Positions 10,175 through 19,773 of a stretch of DNA of 64,000 bases are shown here, piece by piece. The notes beneath the pieces are model-generated. The model was given only the letters and a program-made list of their open reading frames with translations. It was not told the DNA's origin and did not search any database. Position numbers and translations under genes: made by a program. Numbering within the stretch: the stretch's first letter is position 1; every line of letters begins with the position of its first letter. Source of the DNA: Pseudomonadota bacterium (GTDB taxonomy: Bacteria; Pseudomonadota; Gammaproteobacteria; UBA1113); contig JAJYCX010000003.1 in the NCBI GenBank assembly GCA_021778015.1, forward strand, positions 35,820-99,819, written 5' to 3'.

Positions 10175-12001
10175 CTATAAACCCCTAAGTCTCTCAATGT
10201 CATTCTTTCCAATGACAGTCAAATAGCTAGGAATATCATTTTCTTCAAAAACATCACCCGATAGCAGATAAAGGCGTTGATAGCCTTGTTCATGTAATAT
10301 TTTGGCTATATTTATGCCTTTTAGGAAAGATGATTTATAATTATTATCCAGATAGATTTTAGTCTCTTTAGCATATTTAGCTGCACATTCTAGAAACTGC
10401 TCTGGGCTATGGTACGTATCCGTAATAAGATCTCTAAAAATAAAGCGTGTTAAAGTAGTCACAAATAATTCATCGTCATCTATGATAACGGCATCTGTTT
10501 TTTTGATCGTGTCTTTTACTGCACTTTTACAACCCGTGATTCTAATTAAAACCTCAGAAGCCAGTTGCTTAGGCAGAATTTTGGTGCCTATTTTTTCGGC
10601 ATGGACTTGAACCATCGGATCAGCATAGTGGCTGGTTACTAGCATAGAGCGCTTTAATCCGCTTTGCGCCATGATCTCTAACCCATTTAACTCTTGTGTC
10701 AATAACTCATAATCTGAAAGTAGAAATATTCTTTCTTGTTCGGCGGGGGGTAACGCTTGAATATATTCTAATGCCTGCACACCCATTTCAAAATGTTTAA
10801 GCTGTATGCCTGTATTCTCATTTAAAATGCTTTCAAAGCGAGTACGCCAAGCCCCGTGTATGGAAGCATCGTCATCCAAAATAAGGATGATGTCGTTAGG
10901 GCAGAGCGCTATTTCTTCGGCGATCCAACGCGGCGCTTTAATTCTAGGGAAGGTCAGCGTAATAGTAGTACCTTTTCCTAGTGCCGAAATGATATGCATT
11001 TCGCCTTGATTGCGATCTAAAGCCCCCCAAACCTGCGTTAAGCCTATGCCATGGCCAGACTTTTTGCCTTCGGTTACGGAAGTTCTATTCATAATTTTGT
11101 TGATTAATTCAGGTGACATCCCTTTGCCTGTGTCATGAATAATAATTTTGGTCCATTCATTATCTGCTTCTAAACGTAGCTCTACTTTCCCTGATTGATT
11201 GTCACAAGCATCGACGGCATTATTCATCAGATTAGACAACATTCGTTTAAAAGCACTGACTTCTGTTTTGATGAAAGCAAAATAGGTATTAGATTGAAGT
11301 GAACAGTCAAATTTAACGGGCAGTTTCTGATATTGATATTTCTTGGCCGTTAAAGATTCAAGCAGAGTAGCGGACACCAGAATGGGTAAGCGCTCTTCAA
11401 ATTCTATTTCATCTATTTCTTTCTTTTCATATTGATTCAACAAATGATTGGCAATATCGCCTATACCCACTGCAGCTTCTCTCAATGCAATACGATCCGC
11501 TTCTGGAATTTGCGTACAAGATTTTACTATCATCAATAAACTTGCAAGAGGCGAGCGTATATCGTGGGCTACTTGATTGGCTAGATTAGTGAATTTTTCA
11601 TAGGCTTTATTTTTCAAACGCTCGGCTTCTTTTTTCTCAGTGATGTCGATAGATGTGCCAATTATTCCTATGGTATTGCCTTCATCATCATGGAAAGGTG
11701 CTTTTATTGAAGTAAAATATTTAATTTCGCCAGTGGTTATATCTTGTATCATTTCTTCTTGGTATAAAGTCTCTCCCGTGAGCATTACCTGCTCATTATT
11801 TTTTAATATCATTTCGGCTATTTCTTTAGGGTAAAATTCGTAAGGAATTTTGCCGATGATGTTTCTCTCTCCACCAATTGCTTTTAAACAGATTTCATTT
11901 AATCCTAAAACAACGCCTTGCTTATCATGCCAATATATTAAGGTTGGAAGAATTGAAGCAATTTGTTCAAGATCCTCTAGTATCTTAGGTTTTTTTTGCA
12001 T
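10175..12001 (-). CDS. Cytoplasmic PAS hybrid histidine kinase with two C-terminal receiver-like domains
   Basis: PAS/PAC (YWHDKQG...GTSIDITE), H-box QVAHDIRSPL, N-box NLMNNA, G-boxes DTGKGM and GHGIGL, two REC-like blocks (ILILDDD..SDYEL; VIIDDD..YLDNN); ATG at 12001 has a GAAGGAG RBS. Confidence 0.9.
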   Translation of the reverse strand: MQKKPKILEDLEQIASILPTLIYWHDKQGVVLGLNEICLKAIGGERNIIGKIPYEFYPKEIAEMILKNNEQVMLTGETLYQEEMIQDITTGEIKYFTSIKAPFHDDEGNTIGIIGTSIDITEKKEAERLKNKAYEKFTNLANQVAHDIRSPLASLLMIVKSCTQIPEADRIALREAAVGIGDIANHLLNQYEKKEIDEIEFEERLPILVSATLLESLTAKKYQYQKLPVKFDCSLQSNTYFAFIKTEVSAFKRMLSNLMNNAVDACDNQSGKVELRLEADNEWTKIIIHDTGKGMSPELINKIMNRTSVTEGKKSGHGIGLTQVWGALDRNQGEMHIISALGKGTTITLTFPRIKAPRWIAEEIALCPNDIILILDDDASIHGAWRTRFESILNENTGIQLKHFEMGVQALEYIQALPPAEQERIFLLSDYELLTQELNGLEIMAQSGLKRSMLVTSHYADPMVQVHAEKIGTKILPKQLASEVLIRITGCKSAVKDTIKKTDAVIIDDDELFVTTLTRFIFRDLITDTYHSPEQFLECAAKYAKETKIYLDNNYKSSFLKGINIAKILHEQGYQRLYLLSGDVFEENDIPSYLTVIGKNDIERLRGL

Positions 12002-12028
12002 TGTGTCTCCTTCCAAAAAAAAATCACT

Positions 12029-12201
12029 CTACAAATCCCTAAACCGCTCAATATCATTTTTTCCAATGACCGTCAAATAGCTAGGAATTTCGGTGTCGTT
12101 AAATGTCTCACCAGATAATAGATAGAGCTGTGTATAACCCCGTTCATGCAATTTTTTGGTATGTTTAAGCCTTTTAAGTCAGAAGTAACATAATTATTAT
12201 T
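12029..12201 (-). pseudogene. Relic 3' end of a paralogous hybrid kinase
   Basis: Aligns by eye with 10175-10350, including the TAG stop (encodes ..LYLLSGETFNDTEIPSYLTVIGKNDIERFRDL*); frameshift near 12160; no upstream ORF. Confidence 0.85.
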
Positions 12202-12645
12202 AAGAATTTTTCTCACTCAAAATACATACCCGCCAATCTTGACGTTGTACTCCATAGAGTAAATTAATAACCCAATTCGCATCTTCAAAGATGATTACAT
12301 AGCGATTAATATATATTCTCTATTTCGCATGGATTCTACACTAATTTTTAAATTTTAACTAGTTAATAGCAGTTAAAAAAAGAAGTGTAAGTCGCTATAA
12401 AAAAAGAATGCGCTAATTAGCGTTAGGTTATGCCACTATAAAGCAATAAGAATTTCCATAGCACTATAGATATTACGTACGGTTGCAATTTGAGTGCAGT
12501 TGATTTATTCTTCGGCCAATAATCAAAGAGTTTGGGCTATCCCGGCTAGAGAAAACTGCCGCAAATAACAGATTTTTTCCCTGGATTGCCGCGCTCGCTC
12601 ATCACCACCCGCGCGGCCCGCAATAACAACACAGGAGGCTCAGTT

Positions 12646-13995
12646 ATGTTTAAAATAGGGTCTCCTAAGTATATAGTTGCTAGGCTAAATAGAAAATTTG
12701 AACGTAGTATCCGCGATTTTAACCCCCCATTTACTACATTTGCTATTTTGGGGCTCATATATTATTCCTTATTTTATTTTCCATGGCTCTTGCCATTGGA
12801 CGCAAACGGCGGGGCAGGGAAAGAATGCCTTATTTTACGCTTAATTGCCATATTTTTATGTATAGGGCTGCTTCTAAGAAAGAAGTGGCCAAAAAAAATC
12901 CAAAGTTGGCTGCCCGCATACTGGTATATAACGCTTACTTATTGTTTACCCTTTTTCTTTACCTTCATGTTCTTACTGGACACAGACGCTGCGCTACGGC
13001 TGATGGCCTTTAGCAGCATCATTTTTTGGTTGGTATTACTGGTGGATTTGACCAGTGCTTTTATTCTGCTATTCGTGGGAATGATAGCGGCGGTGGGAAT
13101 ATTTCTGTTAGAGAAAGGCTTTTGGCCCACAATAGAGGCATATATTTTTAATGTATCCCCGGCATATATTTTTAATGTATCTGCGGTGTATATCGTTTTT
13201 CTAATTTTAATAGCCCTTCTGGTTAAGAACAAAAAACAGTTGGAAACTGAGAAAAAATTAAGAACAGCCGAAGCTGTAGGCTCAGGAATTGCTCATGAAA
13301 TGCGTACTCCGCTGTCGGCTATCATTATGGGGATTGAGGGGGCTAAAAAATATTTTCCGGTGTTTATAGACGCTTATCAACTGGCCAGACAGCATAATTT
13401 AGAAGGGGTGGAACATATTCCTTCTAAACGATTTGAGGTACTAGCGACTTTATTTGATGACATAGAAAGGGAGGCCAAGTTTGGCAATGTGTTTATAGAT
13501 ATGCTGCTTTGCAATGTCAAACAAGATGTTTATAAGCAGAATACCGTAGAAGTGCTAGAAATAAGCGATTGTATTCATAAAGCACTGCAGCGCTATCCTT
13601 TTTCTGAAGAACAAGAAAACCTTATTCATTGGGATGATAACCATGATTTTTCTTTTATGGGATCGGCGGAACTCATTGAGCATGTTTTATTGAATTTATT
13701 AAAAAATGCTTTATACCAAATAGAGAAAGTGAGTAAAGGGGAGATTTTTGTGTGGCAAACAGAGGAACGAAATTTTAATATCTTGCATTTGAAAGATACA
13801 GCCACAGGGATGTCAGAAGAGATAAAAGATACGTTGTTTCAACAGCATATGGGTGATAAATCCAATAGAGTAGGCCTAGGTTTGGCTTTTTGCGCTAGAG
13901 TGATGCACGCTATGGGCGGGCGTATTGAATGCCATTCGATTGAAAATGAATTCAGCGAGTTCTTACTGTATTTTCCGAAAATTAAAGGGCTATAG
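12646..13995 (+). CDS. LqsS/CqsS-like membrane sensor histidine kinase
   Basis: About six TM segments including YWYITLTYCLPFFFTFM, H-box IAHEMRTPL, NLLKNA, GLGLAFC; ATG 12646 follows AGGAGG; lies next to an LqsR-like gene. Confidence 0.82.
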   Translation: MFKIGSPKYIVARLNRKFERSIRDFNPPFTTFAILGLIYYSLFYFPWLLPLDANGGAGKECLILRLIAIFLCIGLLLRKKWPKKIQSWLPAYWYITLTYCLPFFFTFMFLLDTDAALRLMAFSSIIFWLVLLVDLTSAFILLFVGMIAAVGIFLLEKGFWPTIEAYIFNVSPAYIFNVSAVYIVFLILIALLVKNKKQLETEKKLRTAEAVGSGIAHEMRTPLSAIIMGIEGAKKYFPVFIDAYQLARQHNLEGVEHIPSKRFEVLATLFDDIEREAKFGNVFIDMLLCNVKQDVYKQNTVEVLEISDCIHKALQRYPFSEEQENLIHWDDNHDFSFMGSAELIEHVLLNLLKNALYQIEKVSKGEIFVWQTEERNFNILHLKDTATGMSEEIKDTLFQQHMGDKSNRVGLGLAFCARVMHAMGGRIECHSIENEFSEFLLYFPKIKGL

Positions 13996-14080
13996 CGTAT
14001 TGTATATTTTCGAGGTCTTGGTATACAATGCGCCCATAACTTACAGTTAGACCTTAACAAAGTATTACGGAGGATTTGCG

Positions 14081-15094
14081 ATGACCTTATTAATTAGCCC
14101 ATTATTTCATCCCACCACTACCATCCTAATAGATGATAATAAGACTTTTCTTAAAACATTAAGCCTAAAACTAGACGATGATGCTATATACCATACTTTT
14201 AGCGATCCTAAAGAAGCATTAGCATATTGTACAGAAAATGCGAAGATCACCCCTATCGATGATAGCTACTTAATGGCCGATACGGAATCACCTGATCCTT
14301 CAGAGCAGAATATTACCTTGCGTACTAGAGAAATTAAAACAGCGCTTTTAAAATCAGAACGTTTTGATGTTATTTCCGTTATTGTTGTCGATTTTTCTAT
14401 GCCTACAATGACTGGAGTACAATTTATTGATAAATTAAGAGAGCAAGTAAAGAATAAATTTGCAAAGATAATTATGGTTACGGGCGAAGCCGATCACGGT
14501 TTGGCAGTAGAACTGTTTAATGAGAAAAAGATTGATAAGTTTTTCTTGAAAAACGAAGATAATTTAGAACAAAAAGTAAATAGCGCTATCCATGAAATGC
14601 AAAAGGCTTACTTTTTAGATTTGTGCACGACTCTTTTTAGTTCTATTGTTGAGAAAACAACACCTATATTAAGTGATGTCACTTTTGCCAATCTATTTGC
14701 AAAGATAAAAGCTGACCTCAATATAATAGAACACTATCTTTGCGAGAATACAGGCAGTTTCATTTTAGTCGATAAAAATGGTGTACTCACGGTGTTGGTT
14801 GTTAGGACCCAAGAAGATTTGGCCATGTATGCCGATCTGGCGGAAGATCAGCGGGTTCCAGCAGAGTTGGTTAAGCGAATTTTAAATGGTAGTTTATTAC
14901 CATTCTTTGGTACCTTTGAAAATTTTATTGCCTCAAAAAGAGACGATTGGGTAGTCAATACACATCTGGGCAAAAAAGTTCCGGGCAGAGAAGGGTATTA
15001 CTATTCTGTGATTGAAAGCAGAAAAGTACCTTCATTGCCTGGTGCTGAACATATAGCGAGTTTTGCGAGTTATATGCAAGCGGTGAATGCATAA
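14081..15094 (+). CDS. lqsR: LqsR-like response regulator
   Basis: Matches Legionella LqsR as I recall it over the whole length: FHPTTTILIDD, RFDVISVIVVDFSMP (phospho-Asp), TGEAD..LAVELFNE, IIEHYLCENTGSFILVD. Confidence 0.85.
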   Translation: MTLLISPLFHPTTTILIDDNKTFLKTLSLKLDDDAIYHTFSDPKEALAYCTENAKITPIDDSYLMADTESPDPSEQNITLRTREIKTALLKSERFDVISVIVVDFSMPTMTGVQFIDKLREQVKNKFAKIIMVTGEADHGLAVELFNEKKIDKFFLKNEDNLEQKVNSAIHEMQKAYFLDLCTTLFSSIVEKTTPILSDVTFANLFAKIKADLNIIEHYLCENTGSFILVDKNGVLTVLVVRTQEDLAMYADLAEDQRVPAELVKRILNGSLLPFFGTFENFIASKRDDWVVNTHLGKKVPGREGYYYSVIESRKVPSLPGAEHIASFASYMQAVNA

Positions 15095-15098
15095 AAAA

Positions 15099-15123
15099 CC
15101 GCTCCCTGACGGTCGCGGCTCGG
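15099..15123. repeat. Family B 25-bp REP-like element, copy 1
   Basis: CCGCTCCCTGACGGTCGCGGCTCGG, the exact reverse complement of 15545-15569. Confidence 0.9.
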
Positions 15124-15128
15124 AGATT

Positions 15129-15467
15129 TTACTTCTCTAAAATCATATTCACCTTTGCCGCGCAAATGAAATCATTTTCAGATAATCCGTTTACGGTGTG
15201 GGTGTTATAGCGGATTAAGCAGTGATCGTAATGAACCTCTAGGTCGGGATGGTGATCTTCTTGATGCGCCATCCAAGCCACCGCATTTACAAAAGCCATC
15301 GTTTCATAATAATTTTTAAATTGCACACGTCGTTCAATATGTTTGCCGTCATTACTCATAGTCCAGCCCGGGGTTTCCTTGTGCAGGTAAGTTTGGCAGA
15401 TTTCTACCGTTAAGGACGCGGCCCCTGCCGGACAAGGAGTACATTTTTTATGGGCTAAATGGGTCAT
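15129..15467 (-). CDS. phhB: Pterin-4-alpha-carbinolamine dehydratase
   Basis: CTPC N-terminus, EDHHPDL, THTVNGLSENDFICAAK. Confidence 0.93.
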   Translation of the reverse strand: MTHLAHKKCTPCPAGAASLTVEICQTYLHKETPGWTMSNDGKHIERRVQFKNYYETMAFVNAVAWMAHQEDHHPDLEVHYDHCLIRYNTHTVNGLSENDFICAAKVNMILEK

Positions 15468-15544
15468 AATAAATTCTCATGTAAGGAATATGCATTTACT
15501 GTATAAGAAAAATGTAGTCATTGCAATTGTGTATAAAGGATAAA

Positions 15545-15569
15545 CCGAGCCGCGACCGTCAGGGAGCGG
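15545..15569. repeat. Family B 25-bp REP-like element, copy 2
   Basis: CCGAGCCGCGACCGTCAGGGAGCGG. Confidence 0.9.
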
Positions 15570-15639
15570 AATATGCTTGCACCACATCCTATAAATAGGG
15601 TATGATAAGTCAATTTTTGCGCATATCGAGGCGAATTTT

Positions 15640-16332
15640 ATGACTGTTGATAACTCAGTGTTACATTTTTTTACAGATGCCAGTACTATAGTCAAAGGCG
15701 TCATGTTGGTTTTATTGGGTGCTTCGTTAGTTTCTTGGACCATTATCTTCCAAAGAAGCTCTGTTTATCGCCGTTTAGGCAAATTGGCGCGTCAATTTGA
15801 GGAAACATTTTGGTCAGGCCTAGATTTAACACAATTATATGGTCGTGTAGCGCAGAACAAAACACCGCATCTGGGGCTTGCCGCTATATTTCAAGCCGGT
15901 TTCGAATCTTTTATGCACGCTAAAAAAGAAGCTTTGCCACAAGACATCACCCTAGAAAATGCGGAACGTGCTATGGCTATTGCCGAAAACCATGAAATCG
16001 ATGGGATAGAACAATATTTGCCTATTTTAGCGACTATTGGTTCAACCAGCCCTTACGTAGGTTTATTTGGTACGGTGTGGGGCATCATGACTTCATTCCA
16101 AGCTTTAGGTCAAAGCGAACAAGCCACCATTGCCATGGTTGCCCCCGGCATTTCGGAAGCGTTGATTGCCACGGCTATGGGTTTATTTGCTGCGATTCCA
16201 GCAGTTATTGCTTACAATCGCTATTCACGTAGCGCAGAGCGCCTTACCAATAAATATACTGCTTTTAGACATGAATTAACCGGTATTTTGCAGCGTCGTT
16301 TGTATAAACCAGGAAAAGGGCACGAGGAATAA
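15640..16332 (+). CDS. tolQ: Tol-Pal protein TolQ
   Basis: LATIGSTSPYVGLFGTVWGIM, VAPGISEALIATAMGL. Confidence 0.96.
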   Translation: MTVDNSVLHFFTDASTIVKGVMLVLLGASLVSWTIIFQRSSVYRRLGKLARQFEETFWSGLDLTQLYGRVAQNKTPHLGLAAIFQAGFESFMHAKKEALPQDITLENAERAMAIAENHEIDGIEQYLPILATIGSTSPYVGLFGTVWGIMTSFQALGQSEQATIAMVAPGISEALIATAMGLFAAIPAVIAYNRYSRSAERLTNKYTAFRHELTGILQRRLYKPGKGHEE

Positions 16333-16333
16333 T

Positions 16334-16798
16334 ATGTATTATTCTAAATACACGAGAAAACGCAGTTCTAGACGCGCCATTGCCGAAATGAATGTGGTGC
16401 CGTACATAGACGTGATGCTGGTGTTGTTGGTTATTTTTATGATTGCAACACCCTTATTAACGCCAGGGGTTAAAGTGCAATTGCCCCAGGCACAAGCGCA
16501 ATCTTTAGAAGATCACAGCAACAAACCTTTAATTATTTCCGTGGATGAACAAGGACGTTATTATTTAAATGCTAATGCTAACCCTGAACAGGCTTTAAAT
16601 GCTCACGATTTAGTGGTCAAAGTAGCCGCACGCCTGCAAATCGAAAAAAGCCAAGGCCAAAAATCAGTCGTGATGGTGAAAGGGGATACGCATGCGAGTT
16701 ACGGTCAAGTAGTAGGAGCCATGGTGTTATTGCAACGCGCCGGTGTGGCGCAAGTGGGTTTGATCACTCAAAATCCTCCTGATCAAGGAGCAGCATGA
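16334..16798 (+). CDS. tolR: Tol-Pal protein TolR
   Basis: EMNVVPYIDVMLVLLVIFM. Confidence 0.95.
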   Translation: MYYSKYTRKRSSRRAIAEMNVVPYIDVMLVLLVIFMIATPLLTPGVKVQLPQAQAQSLEDHSNKPLIISVDEQGRYYLNANANPEQALNAHDLVVKVAARLQIEKSQGQKSVVMVKGDTHASYGQVVGAMVLLQRAGVAQVGLITQNPPDQGAA

Positions 16799-17652
16799 TG
16801 CAAGCGCGCTTGAAGCAAAGTTTTGGTTTTTCTTTTGTATTTCATCTTTTTATCGCTGTTGTGTTTTTTGTCTCCTTAAGCGATAGTCTCATGAGCATTC
16901 CGCCTTCATCCAGTGTTGCCGAAGCGCAAAATAACAAAGAAATTGTTAACGCTGTGGCTATTTCCGAAGATGATCTAAGCCAAGAAATACGCGCACAACA
17001 AGCAGCTGATGCCGCCGCAAAAGCTAAAGCTGCCAGCGAAGCAAAGCAATTGGCTGCAGCTAAAGCCCAAGCCTTAGCGCAAATTCAACAAGCCAAGCAA
17101 GAACAAGCAGCTTTAGCCATAAAACAACAAGCGGATGCTAAAAAGGCGGCCGAACAATTAGCGCAATTACAAACACAGCAAAAACAAGCGGCTCAACAAT
17201 TGGCACAAACCCAAGCGCAAACGGCCGCAGCGGCTAAAAAAGCAGCCGATGCTCAAAAACAAGCATTAGCAGCACAGAAAGCGGCCGATGCCAAACGTGC
17301 AACACAACAACAGCAAGCGGTGGCAGCACAAAAGACCGCAGCTACTGCAGCCACCAATACGCAGATGCAAAATGAAATCAATCGTTATGTAGGCTTGATA
17401 ACCCAAGCCATACAAGCGCAATGGACTCAATTGCCGGGTGTAGATCAACAAAAACTAGCCACCACCATGCTCATTCGTCTGGCTGCGGATGGTACGGTGT
17501 TGCAAGTGCAAAACGTAGGGAGTAGTGGTAACCCGGCTTTAGATCGTTTGGCTTTGACGGCGGTTTATAAGGCTTCGCCTTTGCCGGTTCCTACCGATCC
17601 CGCTTTATTCGCCAGTTTTAGAGAATTGAAGGTACAGTTTAGCGATAGTTAA
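16795..17652 (+). CDS. tolA: Tol-Pal protein TolA
   Basis: N-terminal TM with SxxxH, Ala/Gln/Lys helical region, C-terminal SSGNPALD..A..AV..ASPLP. Confidence 0.92.
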   Translation: MMQARLKQSFGFSFVFHLFIAVVFFVSLSDSLMSIPPSSSVAEAQNNKEIVNAVAISEDDLSQEIRAQQAADAAAKAKAASEAKQLAAAKAQALAQIQQAKQEQAALAIKQQADAKKAAEQLAQLQTQQKQAAQQLAQTQAQTAAAAKKAADAQKQALAAQKAADAKRATQQQQAVAAQKTAATAATNTQMQNEINRYVGLITQAIQAQWTQLPGVDQQKLATTMLIRLAADGTVLQVQNVGSSGNPALDRLALTAVYKASPLPVPTDPALFASFRELKVQFSDS

Positions 17653-17661
17653 AAGTAGAGG

Positions 17662-18987
17662 GTGAGCATGAAAAAATATAGCATATGGATTTTAATTACA
17701 ACATTGATGATGTGCTTGAGCAGTTCAGCATTAGCTGCCATGGACATACAAATTACTCGCGGTGTGGTACGCGCTATTCCCATCGCTATAGTGCCTTTTG
17801 ATACGAATAATCCCAATGGCCCTAACGATATTTCTCGTATCGTTGCAAATGATTTAAGTCATTCTGGGCAGTTTCAAGTTATGCCACAAAGCCGTTTGCC
17901 TCAACAACCGCACGATGCTGATGCCGTTAGCGCCGATCTATGGAAAACGTTGGGCTTGGATGATTTAGTCATAGGCAATGCCGTGCCCGCGGGCAATGGC
18001 CAAACGACGGTCAATATGACTTTATTGGATTTATTTCACAGCAATCAAAGTACACCGACTGTTTTAATGCGACAATCCTATACGGTGGCGGATAGTAAAA
18101 TGCGTGCTTTGGCACATCACATCAGCGATATCATCTATGAGAAATTAACTGGCGAAAAAGGTGTTTTTTCGACTCGTTTGGCTTATGTTAAAGTAACTCC
18201 CATGCCGAATAACCCTCGCCATAAATTGTATGCACTGATGGTGTCCGATGTGGATGGCCATAATGCTAAACCGCTGTTAACGTCTACCCAACCCATCATG
18301 TCACCGGATTGGTCTCCTGATGGTAAGCAGATTGTATATGTTTCTTTTGAAACAAAGTTACCGCAGATCTTTACTTCCGATGTAGCTACCGGGCAGCGCC
18401 GCCTCATTTCCAGTTTTGCGGGTATCAATGGCGCTCCGTCATTTTCACCCGATGGCCGCTCTTTGGCGGTAGCTTTATCGATGGGTAAAACCAATCCTAA
18501 TATTTATACCATCGATTTGGGCAGTGGTAATTTAAATCAACTCACGAATGATGCTTCTATTAATACTGAACCTAGCTGGGCTCCTGATGGCCAATCTATT
18601 ATATTTACTTCCGACCGTGGTGGTGCGCCGCAAATCTATAGCATTGATTTAGCAAGCAAACAAACGCAACGTATGACTTATTTGGGTTCATACAATGCTA
18701 GTGCAACTTATTTAGCAGGTAGCCCCACTAAAATTTCTTTACTGCATAGAGACGATAGAGGTTTTAATGTGGCGATATATGATTTACAATCGGGGACGAT
18801 GCAGATCCTAACTCAAGGAGGCTATCTAGAATCGCCTAGCCCGGCACCTAATGGCCGGATGATTGTTTATTCCACAAATGTCGGTGGTCGACGTATGTTG
18901 GGTATGGTTTCGAGTAATGGACAAGTTAATATCCGTTTACCCGAAGTTTCTGGGGATGCACAAGCTCCGGCTTGGTCACCCTATTAA
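17662..18987 (+). CDS. tolB: Tol-Pal protein TolB
   Basis: IPIAIVPF and PD40 repeats (SPDWSPDG, APSFSPDG, EPSWAPDG). Confidence 0.96.
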   Translation: MSMKKYSIWILITTLMMCLSSSALAAMDIQITRGVVRAIPIAIVPFDTNNPNGPNDISRIVANDLSHSGQFQVMPQSRLPQQPHDADAVSADLWKTLGLDDLVIGNAVPAGNGQTTVNMTLLDLFHSNQSTPTVLMRQSYTVADSKMRALAHHISDIIYEKLTGEKGVFSTRLAYVKVTPMPNNPRHKLYALMVSDVDGHNAKPLLTSTQPIMSPDWSPDGKQIVYVSFETKLPQIFTSDVATGQRRLISSFAGINGAPSFSPDGRSLAVALSMGKTNPNIYTIDLGSGNLNQLTNDASINTEPSWAPDGQSIIFTSDRGGAPQIYSIDLASKQTQRMTYLGSYNASATYLAGSPTKISLLHRDDRGFNVAIYDLQSGTMQILTQGGYLESPSPAPNGRMIVYSTNVGGRRMLGMVSSNGQVNIRLPEVSGDAQAPAWSPY

Positions 18988-19010
18988 AGTTAATGTGAGG
19001 AGTACTCTGA

Positions 19011-19532
19011 ATGAAAACAAGTTTAAAATGGGCGATGATGCTGTTGATCGCTGTAGCACTGGCTGCATGCTCATCTAAATCTGACGATAAAAATGCAACC
19101 AGTGTTGTAGGTGGTGGCGCTACAGGTGCTGGTGTAGGCACTAATCCAGATTTTGATGACAGCATGGATGCACGTATGGCTAAGATCTTAGGCATAGAGA
19201 AAAATACGATTTATTTCGATTTCGATAGAGATACTATCAAACCTGAATATATGTCTATATTACAAGCCAATGCCGACTATCTGAAAAAACATCCTAATGC
19301 CCGTATCTTGATTGCCGGTAATGCCGATCCTAGAGGCAGCCGTGAATACAATATCGGTTTGGGACAACGTCGTGCGGATGTAGTGCGTCAACGTTTAGTT
19401 ACAATGGGTGTGAACGCGAATCAAATGCGTACCGTGAGCTATGGTTCAGAAAAACCAGCCGTTTCTGGTAATGATGATTTCGCTTATTCACAAGATAGAC
19501 GTGATGACATAACCTACGACAACGCAGGCTAA
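19011..19532 (+). CDS. pal: Peptidoglycan-associated lipoprotein
   Basis: Lipobox LAAC, IYFDFD, GSREYNIGLGQRRA. Confidence 0.96.
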   Translation: MKTSLKWAMMLLIAVALAACSSKSDDKNATSVVGGGATGAGVGTNPDFDDSMDARMAKILGIEKNTIYFDFDRDTIKPEYMSILQANADYLKKHPNARILIAGNADPRGSREYNIGLGQRRADVVRQRLVTMGVNANQMRTVSYGSEKPAVSGNDDFAYSQDRRDDITYDNAG

Positions 19533-19540
19533 AGTTTGCT

Positions 19541-19587
19541 GTAGGGGGCAGGGCGGGCTCATCAGCCGCCGTTGCCCCTATATTTTT
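19541..19587 (+). terminator. Probable intrinsic terminator after pal
   Basis: TAGGGGGCAGGGCGG...CCGCCGTTGCCCCTA followed by TATTTTT. Confidence 0.55.
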
Positions 19588-19593
19588 CGCGGC

Positions 19594-19735
19594 CGTCATT
19601 GCGAGCTTGCGAAGCAATCCAGGAGTAAAATCCTGTTTTTATAAGTACCATAATTTTTTGTTAGGCCTGTTGTAAATTAAGATTTTTTTCATTAATTGAG
19701 ATTTTCCTGGATTGCTTCGCAAGCTCGCAATGACG
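19594..19735. repeat. Family C REP-like inverted pair
   Basis: Perfect 31-bp inverted repeat CGTCATTGCGAGCTTGCGAAGCAATCCAGGA at 19594-19624 and 19705-19735 around an AT-rich spacer. Confidence 0.9.
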
Positions 19736-19773
19736 ATACTGTTTCACATGCACTTATATTTAAGGCTAGAAAA

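Noticed and set aside
12586-12645. N-terminal extension of the LqsS-like ORF in the track
   Set aside because: It runs through a repeat remnant; ATG 12646 has a strong AGGAGG RBS.
16990-17360. Ala/Gln/Lys low-complexity repeats
   Set aside because: Normal TolA helical domain II.
19399-19773. Two ORFs both starting MLRKLAMT
   Set aside because: Artefact of the 31-bp inverted repeat read on opposite strands.
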